NCBI GenBank assembly: GCA_977020255.1
Contig: CDROCS010000253.1
Location: 806,001-870,000 of the forward strand
Source: Obrimoposthia wandeli
Taxonomy: Eukaryota
DNA: 64,000 bases
Reading direction: 5' to 3'
In this document: positions 10,760 through 22,355 of the stretch, in pieces
Position numbering within the stretch: position 1 is the first letter of the stretch
How the letters are laid out: every line of letters starts with the position of its first letter
Notes under the pieces: generated by a model
What the model saw: the letters and a program-made list of their open reading frames with translations, nothing else
Database searches by the model: none
Told to the model about the DNA's origin: nothing
Position numbers and translations under genes: made by a program

Positions 10760-11530
10760 TTACATTCTGCGCATTGAGCGTTCCATGCGACTATTTTCTT
10801 GTGTCGACTTCAATAATATTTCTTCGATGAAAGCTAAGTGTCGATGACTTGCTCCCCACGCTTTTTGAGGTTCACCACTGATAATGGCATTAAGCAAACG
10901 TTTTCTATAATCGGTAATCTTGCTAAATATATCGGGACGCTTCGCTAATACAGTTAAGTTTTGTGCAATATTATCCGCTAATAATGGCGACATGCTCCGT
11001 GCTAGCTGTAAAATAACCGCATTATGTGACGCTGCACAAATAGCTAAATGAAACTCAACAACCGCTTCAGCTTCCCCGCGAAAGTCATCTTCGCCTTTTT
11101 CTAGCTGGCTATTACCAATTTCATTATGCTTTGCTTGAATTTGTTCAAAATCGGCTGGTGTGCCACGCATAGCAGCATAGTACGATGCCATACCTTCAAT
11201 ACCATGACGAAACTCTAATAAATCAAATTGTGATTCCTTATTATTCGCCATTAATTCAAACAAGGGATCAGAAAAACCACTGAGTAAATTGTCACTAACA
11301 AAGGTGCCACCACCTTGCTTTCGTGTTACTAAACCTTTGGCTTCTAACTTCTGTATCGCTTCACGTAATGACGGTCTTGAGACTTCAAATTGCAACGCAA
11401 GTTCACGCTCAGGTAATAATTTTTCACCGGGCTGTAAACTTCCTTCAATGATCATCCCCTCAAGCTGAGCTAAAATAATATCAGCTAACTTCTGTGGCTT
11501 TACTTTCGGCTTTAACTGCGCTGCAACCAT
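10760..11530 (-). CDS. pdhR: Pyruvate dehydrogenase complex repressor (GntR/FadR family)
   Basis: LLPERELALQFEVSRPSLREAIQKL HTH, position ahead of aceE, cognate operator upstream. Confidence 0.93.
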   Translation of the reverse strand: MVAAQLKPKVKPQKLADIILAQLEGMIIEGSLQPGEKLLPERELALQFEVSRPSLREAIQKLEAKGLVTRKQGGGTFVSDNLLSGFSDPLFELMANNKESQFDLLEFRHGIEGMASYYAAMRGTPADFEQIQAKHNEIGNSQLEKGEDDFRGEAEAVVEFHLAICAASHNAVILQLARSMSPLLADNIAQNLTVLAKRPDIFSKITDYRKRLLNAIISGEPQKAWGASHRHLAFIEEILLKSTQENSRMERSMRRM

Positions 11531-11601
11531 AGATTTTTCATCTCATTCAAAGGTAACTAACAAGCTCAATTCAAGCTCAATTGCTTTATAGACTCTTGGT
11601 A

Positions 11602-11618
11602 AATTGGTCTTACCAATA
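11602..11618 (-). promoter_or_regulatory. PdhR operator (proximal)
   Basis: The minus strand reads ATTGGTAAGACCAATT, essentially the E. coli PdhR box. Confidence 0.9.
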
Positions 11619-11758
11619 ACTTTACAGGCAATAAAATAGCAAAATAATGTCGAATTGACAAGTAAATTTAGTTGATGACTAAGTGATAAGCAAGGACTAA
11701 ATTAGAGCCAAAACTTAAAACTAGCGTTTTATTTTGACTCTAAATAACTTAAAAACAG

Positions 11759-11773
11759 ATTGGTAAGACCAAT
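11759..11773. promoter_or_regulatory. Second PdhR operator (distal)
   Basis: ATTGGTAAGACCAAT on the plus strand, just past the stop of the LTA-synthase-family gene. Confidence 0.8.
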
Positions 11774-11783
11774 AATTACATTG

Positions 11784-13766
11784 TTAATTATTGGTCATAC
11801 CTTCAACTTGAGCGTTAATAAAAAGTGTTTGCAGTTGTTTATATTCTTTTAAAAAGTTCACTTGTCCATGCTTCTTTGATATAGGGCTCACTTGTAAACT
11901 AGCATCATTAAGCCAAGGATAAATTAACTCGGGAGAAGAGGCACAAATCACTCCTTCAGGGGTGAGCATAACCGTTGCATTAAAGCCTTTCGCTGTTTCT
12001 ACATCAGTTTCAGCAAGTAAATTCCGTCCACCTAAGCTTGTATACTTACTATCCGATAAACTATATGAGTACAATGTCGGAAAAATATCCCGGTGTGAGC
12101 CAACCCTAAAATTGTTATAGCGATAGGATGATGAAGCTAAAATATTATTGGGGATGTGTAAATAAAAAGGCACTGAATAGGCAAAACCAAGATCTTTTGG
12201 GTAGTCAATAGCATAGCTCCTGACTCGATGATCCCCAGTCGCGGCAATAATTGTATTACCTTCTGTTTTCTTAATATCTTGAATGAAGTCGCCTAATGCA
12301 TTTGTTGCATACTGATAAGTTTCAAATATTTTTCGAGACTTTTCTTCTGTCATAGACAGCTTGCCCATGGCGTTATCAGATACCGCAATAGATTCTGGCA
12401 GATAATCATCAGGGATCTGATACGGCGAATGGTTAGTTTGAGTTAACAGCATTATCATCACGGGTTGCTCATTATGTTCAATGATATGTTTTGCAAATTT
12501 GAAGGTAAAAGCATCCGGTACTCCCCACGTTCCTGCGTTCACTGATGCCTTAGGATAAATGTTCTCAATATCGGTTTGAGAATAAAATTCATCGACACCT
12601 TGATGTAGCAGATATTGATTCATATTACGCCATGTAGGGCTTCCTCCAGTAATATAAACCACCTTATAACCAGCCCTTTTATAGGGTAAAAAAGCAGATC
12701 CAGATAAGGATTTTTTTTGCGCTTTACCATGGCTAATTGTATTCACATTACTGTGAAATAACATCATGACAATACTATCTATCGTGGTATCGGTTCCCGA
12801 TACAAACCGTGTAAAAAGAAAGTCATCTTTAAAAGGCTCTCTCAAAGAGCCTAATAAGTCATTCTTACCGGCACTGTCTTCCAGCAGTAAATTGGTGCCC
12901 ATGCTCTCCATAAGTGCGAACACCACATTAGGCGGGGAGTCCGCTAATAAATCATTCTTCTTGGTCAGAAAAATTGCACTATTTCGATCTAGTACCTTCT
13001 TCAACTGTGTTTGCAACTTTACTTTAGGTACTTGAAAAAACTTACCATCTTTTTTATGCTTTTTATGTGCCCAACCTAACGCTAAAAATGCATTTGGGGT
13101 ACTTTTATTAAATACTTCATAACTAGACACGTTTGCATGGTACTGCTTTAAAGGAAAAGTTCCTAACGAACCGCGAGCAAAATAGAAATAGCATAAAATG
13201 AGACATGTTAAAGACAGCGCAGTTATATACCAAGCTCTTTTCTGTCCGCACTTATCAGCTAATCGATTTGAGACATTACTAACAACTCTGCTGAGGAGCA
13301 GCGTTATTAAAAGAGTCGAAATAAACGAAATAACGATTGGGTAATCGCTCCACATACTCGCTAAAACATTGACGGTATCGTCTTCAATGAAGCCAAATAC
13401 AAAGATATCAAAATGATTATTGTAGGTTTTAAAGTAATAATAATTACCAACTGATAAAGATACCGCCAAAAAATAAATAATAAAACTATACGTAGAAACC
13501 GACTTTTTAAAAAAGGTATAATATTTAGTTGGCATCACTATAAGCCCGAATAAAAACAGTGGGGCACAGGCAATGGTCGCTGCTCGAAAATCAAAACGTA
13601 AACCAATAAAGATAGTCTCAAATAAGTCAACTGGCATATTGAGCATGACTTCATGATTTCCATTTAATAATAGAAATATCCATCTTGAGATCGAAAAGGT
13701 CATTGCAAGAAGCGCAACTTGAAACCATATAACACGAGAAAAATGATAAAAGTTTTTTTGGATCAT
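11784..13766 (-). CDS. LTA synthase / OpgB-family membrane phosphoglycerol transferase (alkaline phosphatase superfamily)
   Basis: About five N-terminal TM segments; soluble domain with LMESM, GTDTT (Thr nucleophile candidate), TNHSPY and TGDH metal motifs. Confidence 0.8.
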   Translation of the reverse strand: MIQKNFYHFSRVIWFQVALLAMTFSISRWIFLLLNGNHEVMLNMPVDLFETIFIGLRFDFRAATIACAPLFLFGLIVMPTKYYTFFKKSVSTYSFIIYFLAVSLSVGNYYYFKTYNNHFDIFVFGFIEDDTVNVLASMWSDYPIVISFISTLLITLLLSRVVSNVSNRLADKCGQKRAWYITALSLTCLILCYFYFARGSLGTFPLKQYHANVSSYEVFNKSTPNAFLALGWAHKKHKKDGKFFQVPKVKLQTQLKKVLDRNSAIFLTKKNDLLADSPPNVVFALMESMGTNLLLEDSAGKNDLLGSLREPFKDDFLFTRFVSGTDTTIDSIVMMLFHSNVNTISHGKAQKKSLSGSAFLPYKRAGYKVVYITGGSPTWRNMNQYLLHQGVDEFYSQTDIENIYPKASVNAGTWGVPDAFTFKFAKHIIEHNEQPVMIMLLTQTNHSPYQIPDDYLPESIAVSDNAMGKLSMTEEKSRKIFETYQYATNALGDFIQDIKKTEGNTIIAATGDHRVRSYAIDYPKDLGFAYSVPFYLHIPNNILASSSYRYNNFRVGSHRDIFPTLYSYSLSDSKYTSLGGRNLLAETDVETAKGFNATVMLTPEGVICASSPELIYPWLNDASLQVSPISKKHGQVNFLKEYKQLQTLFINAQVEGMTNN

Positions 13767-13987
13767 TCAGGTTAACCAATTAATGTGAAATGTTATGGAT
13801 GTTGGAATTTTATCACAGTGAAATATCCATTTCCCTGAACAATATCCATAAGAGTGTTTAAAAAATGTAAGAGCAAGAAATGAGTGACTTCGGTATATTA
13901 TTATTTAAAACCGTATATATCCGCTCCAATCAATCGGCATATTTTAAAATGCACATTGACTGGTAACGGATATAGTTAATGCTCATT

Positions 13988-14356
13988 TTAGGAAGAAAGT
14001 ATCGCGCCCCAAGTAATAGCAGCGACTAACAAGCTAATAAGTACCGCTGCAGAACCAAGATCTTTTGCTAGGCCAGATAAAGGGTGTATTTCTAAACCGA
14101 TTCTATCAACAACAGCTTCTATTGCCGTATTTAAAACTTCCGTAAAGACTATAAAAATCAATGAAATAAGCAGTGCCACTTGCTCATATTTTGATATATC
14201 AAATAAAAACGTAGTGGGTACCAGTAGTAACAGCAAAACTAATTCTTGTTTAAAGGCCGCTTCATTCTTATACATCCAAAAAAGACCTTTTTTGGAATTA
14301 TTTACAGCCAAAAGAATTCTTTTTAATCCTCTGGGTTTGTTATTACTATCGAACAT
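13988..14356 (-). CDS. dgkA: Diacylglycerol kinase
   Basis: NEAAFKQE, EVLNTAIEAVVDRIG, AKDLGSAAV. Confidence 0.95.
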   Translation of the reverse strand: MFDSNNKPRGLKRILLAVNNSKKGLFWMYKNEAAFKQELVLLLLLVPTTFLFDISKYEQVALLISLIFIVFTEVLNTAIEAVVDRIGLEIHPLSGLAKDLGSAAVLISLLVAAITWGAILSS

Positions 14357-14383
14357 AAACTTACCATCCTCATGACGTAATAA

Positions 14384-15304
14384 TTAATTAAGCAAGCCAC
14401 TAAGCGTCAAGATTGATATCACGGCAAGTACAAGTAGAACATTACGTTTTGCTAATCTAACAAGTAAACAAGGCTCTGCTGTGCAATCATTTTCATTTAC
14501 CATGATATCTTCAGATTTCTCTGCCACATCAATTAACACTTGGTGAGTTGCTTTTTGACTATCAAATAAACTTTCTAACCAAACAGGCATAGCTTTGGAG
14601 AAGTGACCAACAAACATGTAACCAAATGAGGCGATACGCACAGGCAACCAATCTAACCAAAAAAGTACATCATGATGGTTTTGGCAGCCATTGATAATAT
14701 TTGGAGCTACGTTACCTTCATGAAGAGCTTCATGCTGACCTTCAGAGTTAATGCCGCTTTCATCTACTTGAGCTTTATTTTCAGCAGCACTCGTCATACA
14801 TTTTTCTTTCTTATGTTCAATGACGGTAGTCAGCAAACGATAGAATACCGCACCCGCAGCGCCAAATACGGTGAAATACAGCATAATTGCAATGTAATAG
14901 CGGTAGTTTAACCAAATGAGTGCTTGACCAAACCCCATATCCGGCAAGTTTTTGTCTGACAATAATTGCTGGTGATGCATCTCTGTGGTCGTTTCTTCCC
15001 CACGAAAAGCAGAGTGTAAATAACGTTTATAGTTATTTCTAGTGGCCGTACAACCAAAACAAACGATAAGTATCACAGTAGAAAGCAGTAATTGAAGTAC
15101 CGTATTATCAATAACATCAAGTAATAAATATGTCGCTATTACAGGTAGGATAATAAATACCGCACTGGCCACAGTACCTTGCCTAGCAGTAAAGTTGCGG
15201 CTAAAAAAATGGTGATAATGTTGGTAATAAAAATTAAATTGCCACACTTTTGCAGATAAAGATCGATCGGCTGCTAACGCAATTAATAAACTTAATAAAC
15301 TCAT
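14384..15304 (-). CDS. ampE: AmpE regulatory membrane protein
   Basis: WLNYRYY and LDWLPVR motifs; immediately downstream of ampD. Confidence 0.85.
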   Translation of the reverse strand: MSLLSLLIALAADRSLSAKVWQFNFYYQHYHHFFSRNFTARQGTVASAVFIILPVIATYLLLDVIDNTVLQLLLSTVILIVCFGCTATRNNYKRYLHSAFRGEETTTEMHHQQLLSDKNLPDMGFGQALIWLNYRYYIAIMLYFTVFGAAGAVFYRLLTTVIEHKKEKCMTSAAENKAQVDESGINSEGQHEALHEGNVAPNIINGCQNHHDVLFWLDWLPVRIASFGYMFVGHFSKAMPVWLESLFDSQKATHQVLIDVAEKSEDIMVNENDCTAEPCLLVRLAKRNVLLVLAVISILTLSGLLN

Positions 15305-15305
15305 G

Positions 15306-15875
15306 TTAGGTATTGTTCCTTGTCGCTTGTTCAGTCAAATTTTGACGAAAGTATTGCCAATCAAATACTGGCCCGGGATCGGTTTTTCTAACCGGGGCAA
15401 TATCACAATGACCAACAACATTGCCCATGATAATAGCAGGAAATTGATTTTGCAAACAAAGTGTTAAGCCTATTAATTGTTGATATTGCTCGGCTGTATA
15501 AGGGATATCATCTGTGCCCTCCAATTCAATGCCGATGGAATAATCATTACAACGCTCTCTTTTATTAAATGATGAAACTCCGGCATGCCAAGCCTTGTCA
15601 TTAAAAGAAACATACTGAATAACACAACCATCACGGCGAATAAGACAATGTGCTGATACTTCAATGCCTTTTAAATCATCAAAACTCGCATGGGCGTTAC
15701 AATCTAGTTGACCAAGAAATAAGTCACTAATGCAGTTGCCACCAAACTGCCCTGCCGGCAAAGAGATATTATGAACAACGAGTAAACTAATTTCTTCACC
15801 AAGGTCACGTGAAGAAAAGTACGGTGACGGCAAATGTTTTGCTTGAGCTAACCAGCCGGAGGAAATTGAAAACAT
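15306..15875 (-). CDS. ampD: 1,6-anhydro-N-acetylmuramyl-L-alanine amidase
   Basis: VVHNISLP, SAHCLIRRDG, AWHAGVS, SIGIELEG, GHCDIAPVRKTDPG. Confidence 0.96.
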   Translation of the reverse strand: MFSISSGWLAQAKHLPSPYFSSRDLGEEISLLVVHNISLPAGQFGGNCISDLFLGQLDCNAHASFDDLKGIEVSAHCLIRRDGCVIQYVSFNDKAWHAGVSSFNKRERCNDYSIGIELEGTDDIPYTAEQYQQLIGLTLCLQNQFPAIIMGNVVGHCDIAPVRKTDPGPVFDWQYFRQNLTEQATRNNT

Positions 15876-15918
15876 GCGTCTCTCATTTTATAGTGATTAA
15901 TGCGGTAAGTTTGCTATT

Positions 15919-16184
15919 TATACCCGCTCCACTTGAAGATGCAGGATTCAGCTGGAATTAGAAACGCCTTTAGGCAAGGCATTGATTGAAGAGAATAGTT
16001 ATTCTATTGTCGAAATCAATAACGCAGTATAAAGCGTTTATAAACCAGCCCTTTGGGGAAAACTGAGCAAAACATACTCGTCGTTACATTTGTTGCTAAG
16101 GGGATAACCATTAACAAAAAATGTGTCTTGATTATGATTCGCTCAGGTTTCCTGAAACGAGCATCTTCAAGTGGAACGGGTATA
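15919..16184. mobile_element. 266-bp non-autonomous MITE (ERIC-like), complete
   Basis: 24-bp terminal inverted repeats TATACCCG(C/T)TCCACTTGAAGATGC with one mismatch, TA termini, no transposase; second copy at 23810. Confidence 0.85.
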
Positions 16185-16303
16185 TACTAATCGACTTGGA
16201 CCAACCGAAGTAATTTATTAATGCATTTGGTCTAAGGTTACACTTTGTACTTTATTACTTGCTAACATACAATATCTATACCCTTAATCAAAGGCTACTT
16301 AGT

Positions 16304-17735
<1,432 letters not shown>

Positions 17736-17753
17736 CACTGTACTAAGAACAAT

Positions 17754-17792
17754 AAAAAAGCGGTAAAGCATAATATGCTTTACCGCTTTTTT
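17754..17792. terminator. Bidirectional terminator between nadC and the DUF3667-like gene
   Basis: AAAAAAGCGGTAAAGCAT-AAT-ATGCTTTACCGCTTTTTT perfect palindrome. Confidence 0.9.
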
Positions 17793-17880
17793 GTCTCAAT
17801 AACTGCCTTCTAGGCTAGTTACCCAGTTGGCTACTTATCGTTAAATAATCTTTAAGTAACTTTATGCAATAAAGCAAATT

Positions 17881-19176
17881 TTACGTCCCCATTATTCCCC
17901 AAACCAAGGCTGAGAGCCCTGTTAGTATTATCATCAAGCCATATATAGTACCAATAATACTAAACTTCACTAAGGTGAAAAAGACACCTTGTTTATACAA
18001 TTTTTTCTGCATTAAGAATAAATATATCGGTATCCACAAGAGTAATGCTCCAGCTACTAAACCGAAAAAAATAGCTGACTTTGGGCTGGTGTCGGCTAAA
18101 TATCGCTGTAATACCTCAATCATCTCTGACAGTAATATCGTAATAAAAATAAAACTATGACTATGTAAAGCAACCGTTAAATGTTCCATGTATAGCCGAT
18201 TGGAGAACATGAACATCACTTTTAATAACACGGCAAAGAGGGGCAATAAAATAAACATTAACTGCGGTAATTTACCAATAACTTGTTCAATTAATGGCCC
18301 GGTATCTGAATTAAACGCTTTTTTACCTTTTTTGACTAATTCTTCAGCAAACTTATTCAGTTTTTTATTTTTTTCATCCGATAGGAAATCAAATGACAAG
18401 GTACCATCGTCATTATTACCTATCGAGATATCATCGGCAGCATCACTTTCACTATTTTTTTCTTCTGATAGACGAGCAATCAAAGTATCAATGCGTGCTT
18501 TTTTATCTGTAGGTAGCTGAGCTTTAACTTGCTCAAACTCTAATTCAACAAGCTCTCGAGTCAGCTTTATAATCTTATTGTTATTACCCACATCACTATG
18601 GTCACTATTTAAATCGTTAAGATAATCATTAAACTTCACGATATCAGCATCTAATTGACCAACTTTTTCCGTATTATCGACTTCTTCGACGTTACCGACA
18701 TTGCCCTCAACGACTTTATCTAAAATTACTTTCTCAGTTTCGAGACCTTTTACATGACTTTTTATCTGGGTAATAAGATTTTTTTTATCACTCACCGTAA
18801 TGATGTTGTTATCGTCATTCGTGACAAAAAACTTTAAAGTAATAAAGAAAACAATACTAATGAATAAATATAATCGTATTGGTGGTACATAATGCACCCT
18901 TCTACCCGCAAAATATTCATTGGTTAAAAAAGCAGGTCTTGTCAGTAAAGGCCAGAGGGTTCGGCTTGCCCGAGAATCAAAACTAAAAATATCATCTAGC
19001 AGGTGCATAATAACCACCCAAAAATATTTCAATTTTGAGTCAGCTTCTTGTCCACAATTAGCACAAAAAGGTCCATTAAGTGGTACATGGCAATTTTCAC
19101 AGGTTTTACTGTCCTCAACTGGGACAATCACCACATCAGTTGCAGGCTCTGCTTCGGTTAACGTTGTTGTTGGCAT
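17881..19176 (-). CDS. DUF3667-like membrane protein
   Basis: N-terminal CENC...CANCGQ zinc ribbon, GRRVHYVPPIRLY, several C-terminal TM helices. Confidence 0.75.
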   Translation of the reverse strand: MPTTTLTEAEPATDVVIVPVEDSKTCENCHVPLNGPFCANCGQEADSKLKYFWVVIMHLLDDIFSFDSRASRTLWPLLTRPAFLTNEYFAGRRVHYVPPIRLYLFISIVFFITLKFFVTNDDNNIITVSDKKNLITQIKSHVKGLETEKVILDKVVEGNVGNVEEVDNTEKVGQLDADIVKFNDYLNDLNSDHSDVGNNNKIIKLTRELVELEFEQVKAQLPTDKKARIDTLIARLSEEKNSESDAADDISIGNNDDGTLSFDFLSDEKNKKLNKFAEELVKKGKKAFNSDTGPLIEQVIGKLPQLMFILLPLFAVLLKVMFMFSNRLYMEHLTVALHSHSFIFITILLSEMIEVLQRYLADTSPKSAIFFGLVAGALLLWIPIYLFLMQKKLYKQGVFFTLVKFSIIGTIYGLMIILTGLSALVWGIMGT

Positions 19177-19420
19177 AATGAATAGTTATTGAATAGTTAT
19201 AGACAATAAAAGCATAACACCTTGTTAATATCAAGTTACATTGTTATCAAAGTATTTAAGCGAATAAGGTGTCGATATTTGTATATTCTGTTAAATTAAT
19301 AATTGAGATAATAGATCAAATCAATATATTTCAACTAACTCTATTAAAGTTAGTCAACTATGCTTATACCCGTAACCAATAAAGCATATTCAAAATAAAG
19401 CCAAAAGCAGGAGAATTATA

Positions 19421-19969
19421 ATGGCGTTTGAAGTTAAATTTGAATTAACCGAAGCAGACTTAGAGCATTTCCGCGATGTTATGCGTAAAGCGCAGGCAGG
19501 AGCTAAACAACTTAGCGAGCAAGACATTTTAACTAACGCTAAAAAGATTAGTCAAAATGTAAAAGCTAACGTGCCTGAGTTTGTTCGTGAGCGTATTCAA
19601 AAGCTAGAAACTTTTGTGGCCATGATTGAAGATGATGAATGGCAAATTCCAAACGAGGAGCGTACCGAAGTATTAAGTGCTTTAGCTTACTTTAGTGATC
19701 CTGAAGATTTAGTACCTGATCATATTCCGGTATTGGGCTTTTTAGATGATGCGATTATGATCGAACTTGTCGCTGAAGAATTTAAAGATGATTTTGAAGC
19801 CTTTGAAGAATTTTGTGCTTATCGTACTCGTGAAGAAGGCCGCAGCGGAGATGCTACCATTACTCGCGAAGAGTGGTTAGAGTCAAAGCGTCACGAACTA
19901 CATAGCAGAATGAAAAGCCGTCGTTCATCGAGAAGAAGTGGTCGATCGTCGTTCCGTTCAATATTTTAA
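19421..19969 (+). CDS. YkvA/DUF1232 family protein
   Basis: ALAYFSDPEDLVPDHIPVLGFLDDAIMI signature; GGAG RBS. Confidence 0.85.
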   Translation: MAFEVKFELTEADLEHFRDVMRKAQAGAKQLSEQDILTNAKKISQNVKANVPEFVRERIQKLETFVAMIEDDEWQIPNEERTEVLSALAYFSDPEDLVPDHIPVLGFLDDAIMIELVAEEFKDDFEAFEEFCAYRTREEGRSGDATITREEWLESKRHELHSRMKSRRSSRRSGRSSFRSIF

Positions 19970-19990
19970 AGTCACGACTTTAAATCTGTT

Positions 19991-20026
19991 AAAAAAGTGA
20001 CAAAGCATTTGCTTGGTCACTTTTTT
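19991..20026. terminator. Terminator after the YkvA-family gene
   Basis: AAAAAAGTGAC...GTCACTTTTTT. Confidence 0.8.
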
Positions 20027-20460
20027 ATTGCCTTATTTACAGTGCTCACCTATCACTTATTTTAATTTGGCAACGAAGGTTTTTCTCAACTTAGCAAGTT
20101 TTGGTGAAATAACCGCAGAACTCACTTGGGTCACAATAGGATAATCAAATAATTGTTATTGATTGATCTCCACAAGGATAGCTAATCCCTGCGCTATCAA
20201 ACTAAAGTTATACCATTTCAGCATGACAACTATTGCCAATTAAAAACCTCATTATACGTTGCCGCTTTATTTTGCATACACCAGCAACATCCTGCCAAAG
20301 TCTTTGTTTGTAATAGTTTTTCGTTAAGTTACTCTGTTATTTTATCCGCTGTCTTAATCATTGTTCTTTTTTATGATTCACCTCAGCATTTTTATTGTTA
20401 AATAAGCTAAGATGTCATCGTTAATATTGCTCATGCTCATCTTTATCCAATAAGAAATAT

Positions 20461-21714
20461 ATGCCACAATTTTTCAAAAGACCTAGCCAAATACAAGCGA
20501 TTATTGCTTTGCGTAGCATTGCTATCGCCATTCAATTACTGTTAATTCTCTTTGTCAATTTGGGCTTAGCATACCAGTTACCTTGGACGCCATTGGTAAG
20601 CGTTATTAGCTTAGAAATACTTTTTACGCTCAGCAGCTATCTTTATTATCGCCACAATCATTTAAGTGAAAAGAAAGCGAGCCAAAAAGCAATATTGGTA
20701 CAAATATGTGCTGATATTATTTTCCTTTCTCTACTACTCTTTTTTAGTGGTGGGGCAACCAATGCTTTTGTTTCTTTATTGCTCATTCCTATCGCAATAG
20801 CCGCGGTCACTTTAACGCCATTACTACTTACCGTTGTTGCCTTCCTTGCCATCGCCTCTTACAGCATTCTATTATGGTCATTACCCATGAGTGTAATGCA
20901 CGGTAATATGCAGGGCCACTTTATTGGTATGGGTATCAACTTTTTATTTTCAGCACTCGTGGTTGCTATTGTCGTTGGTAAGATGGCACGTAGTATTAAT
21001 CAACAAGAACTTGCTATTGCGGCCTATCGTGAAAATTTATTAAAACAAGAGCAAGTGACTTCATTAGGTGTTGCTTCCGCTCAAGTAACCCACCAATTAG
21101 CGACTCCTATTGCAACAGTACAACTGCTGGCTGATGAATTAAGTGAAGATTTACCTGACAACGAAATTGTCCAGGATATGCAAGGCCAGCTTACTCGTTG
21201 TCGAGACAGTTTATCTGAATTTCGTGCGATGGTTTTCGATATAAAAGAACAGGTGATTAAAGCTATTAATTGCCAAGATTTATTCGATGAAATAACCGAT
21301 AATGTCCGAGTAAATAATCCAGAAATAAGTTTGCAGTTATTAAAAAACAATGACGAAAGTACCAAAGACGTCACTATTAATGCTGATGCGGCTTTGTTAC
21401 CTGCCATTCTTAATTTAATTAATAATGCGATTAGAGCAAGTAAAGCCAATAACAGTAAGTCGCTTAGCCTCACGGGGAAAATTATTGAGCATAACTGGCA
21501 ATTTACTATTCGTGATTATGGTAAAGGATTTACCTTAAAAAAATTAAATGAATTAGGCGTAAAACCTGTTAATAGTGAGCAAGGTTTTGGCATGGCCGTT
21601 TTTTTAAGTCACGCTAGTTTAGAGCGCCTTGGCGGAAAGTTAGCCTTAACAAACCACCAAGAGGGTGGTGCACTGGTCACTTTAAGCCTACCTATTTCAT
21701 CTCAGAAAATATAA
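20461..21714 (+). CDS. RegB/PrrB-type sensor histidine kinase
   Basis: TM region with GGATNAF (cf. GGxxNPF), H-box THQLATP, RCR redox Cys, N/G boxes. Confidence 0.85.
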   Translation: MPQFFKRPSQIQAIIALRSIAIAIQLLLILFVNLGLAYQLPWTPLVSVISLEILFTLSSYLYYRHNHLSEKKASQKAILVQICADIIFLSLLLFFSGGATNAFVSLLLIPIAIAAVTLTPLLLTVVAFLAIASYSILLWSLPMSVMHGNMQGHFIGMGINFLFSALVVAIVVGKMARSINQQELAIAAYRENLLKQEQVTSLGVASAQVTHQLATPIATVQLLADELSEDLPDNEIVQDMQGQLTRCRDSLSEFRAMVFDIKEQVIKAINCQDLFDEITDNVRVNNPEISLQLLKNNDESTKDVTINADAALLPAILNLINNAIRASKANNSKSLSLTGKIIEHNWQFTIRDYGKGFTLKKLNELGVKPVNSEQGFGMAVFLSHASLERLGGKLALTNHQEGGALVTLSLPISSQKI

Positions 21715-21732
21715 AGCATTAACAATAAGGAA

Positions 21733-22299
21733 ATGAGTATGCCTAATTCAGCAATACCTTCGATGTTACCAAAATTATTAATCGTTGAAGATGATATTAT
21801 TTTTGCCAACACCCTTAATAGACGTTTGACTAAACACGGCTTTGATTGTGTGCAAGTGGATAATAACAATGATGCGTTACTCGCATGTCATCGCCACACA
21901 CCCGATTATATTTTGCTAGATATGAAGTTGGCAGAGGAAAACACCTTATCAATCATCACGCCATTACGTAAATTACGCCCACAAAGCCGCATTGTATTAC
22001 TTACCGGTTTTGCTAGCATTGCCACCGCGGTTGACGCGATAAAATTAGGTGCGGATGATTATTTGTCTAAACCCGTGGATAGCCAAACACTGCTCGCGAC
22101 GCTTAAAGGTAGTAAAGCTGAAACCATAGCAGTCGATACTCAAAGCGAACAAACCTTATCTGCGGAGCAAGTGGAATGGCAACATATCCAACAAGTATTG
22201 AAAGCTAACCAGGGGAATATTTCGGCTACTGCTAGACAGCTTTCAATGCACAGAAGAACATTACAACGTAAGTTACAAAAGCGACCTCAACCAGCTTAA
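21733..22299 (+). CDS. RegA/PrrA-type response regulator
   Basis: Receiver domain plus EWQHIQQVLKANQGNISATARQLSMHRRTLQRKL Fis-type HTH. Confidence 0.9.
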   Translation: MSMPNSAIPSMLPKLLIVEDDIIFANTLNRRLTKHGFDCVQVDNNNDALLACHRHTPDYILLDMKLAEENTLSIITPLRKLRPQSRIVLLTGFASIATAVDAIKLGADDYLSKPVDSQTLLATLKGSKAETIAVDTQSEQTLSAEQVEWQHIQQVLKANQGNISATARQLSMHRRTLQRKLQKRPQPA

Positions 22300-22355
22300 G
22301 CTAATTTACTTGATAATTACCAAGTGAATTTATTAATTGACTACTGAGCAAAAAA

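Noticed and set aside
19365-19400. Lone TATACCCGTAACCAAT upstream of the YkvA-family gene
   Set aside because: Probably a half-TIR relic of the MITE family, but with no partner end it was not called as an element.
19970-20460. Possible small ORF or sRNA in the long gap before the RegB-like gene
   Set aside because: Only frames of about 25 codons or fewer without RBS, and no convincing structure beyond the terminator.
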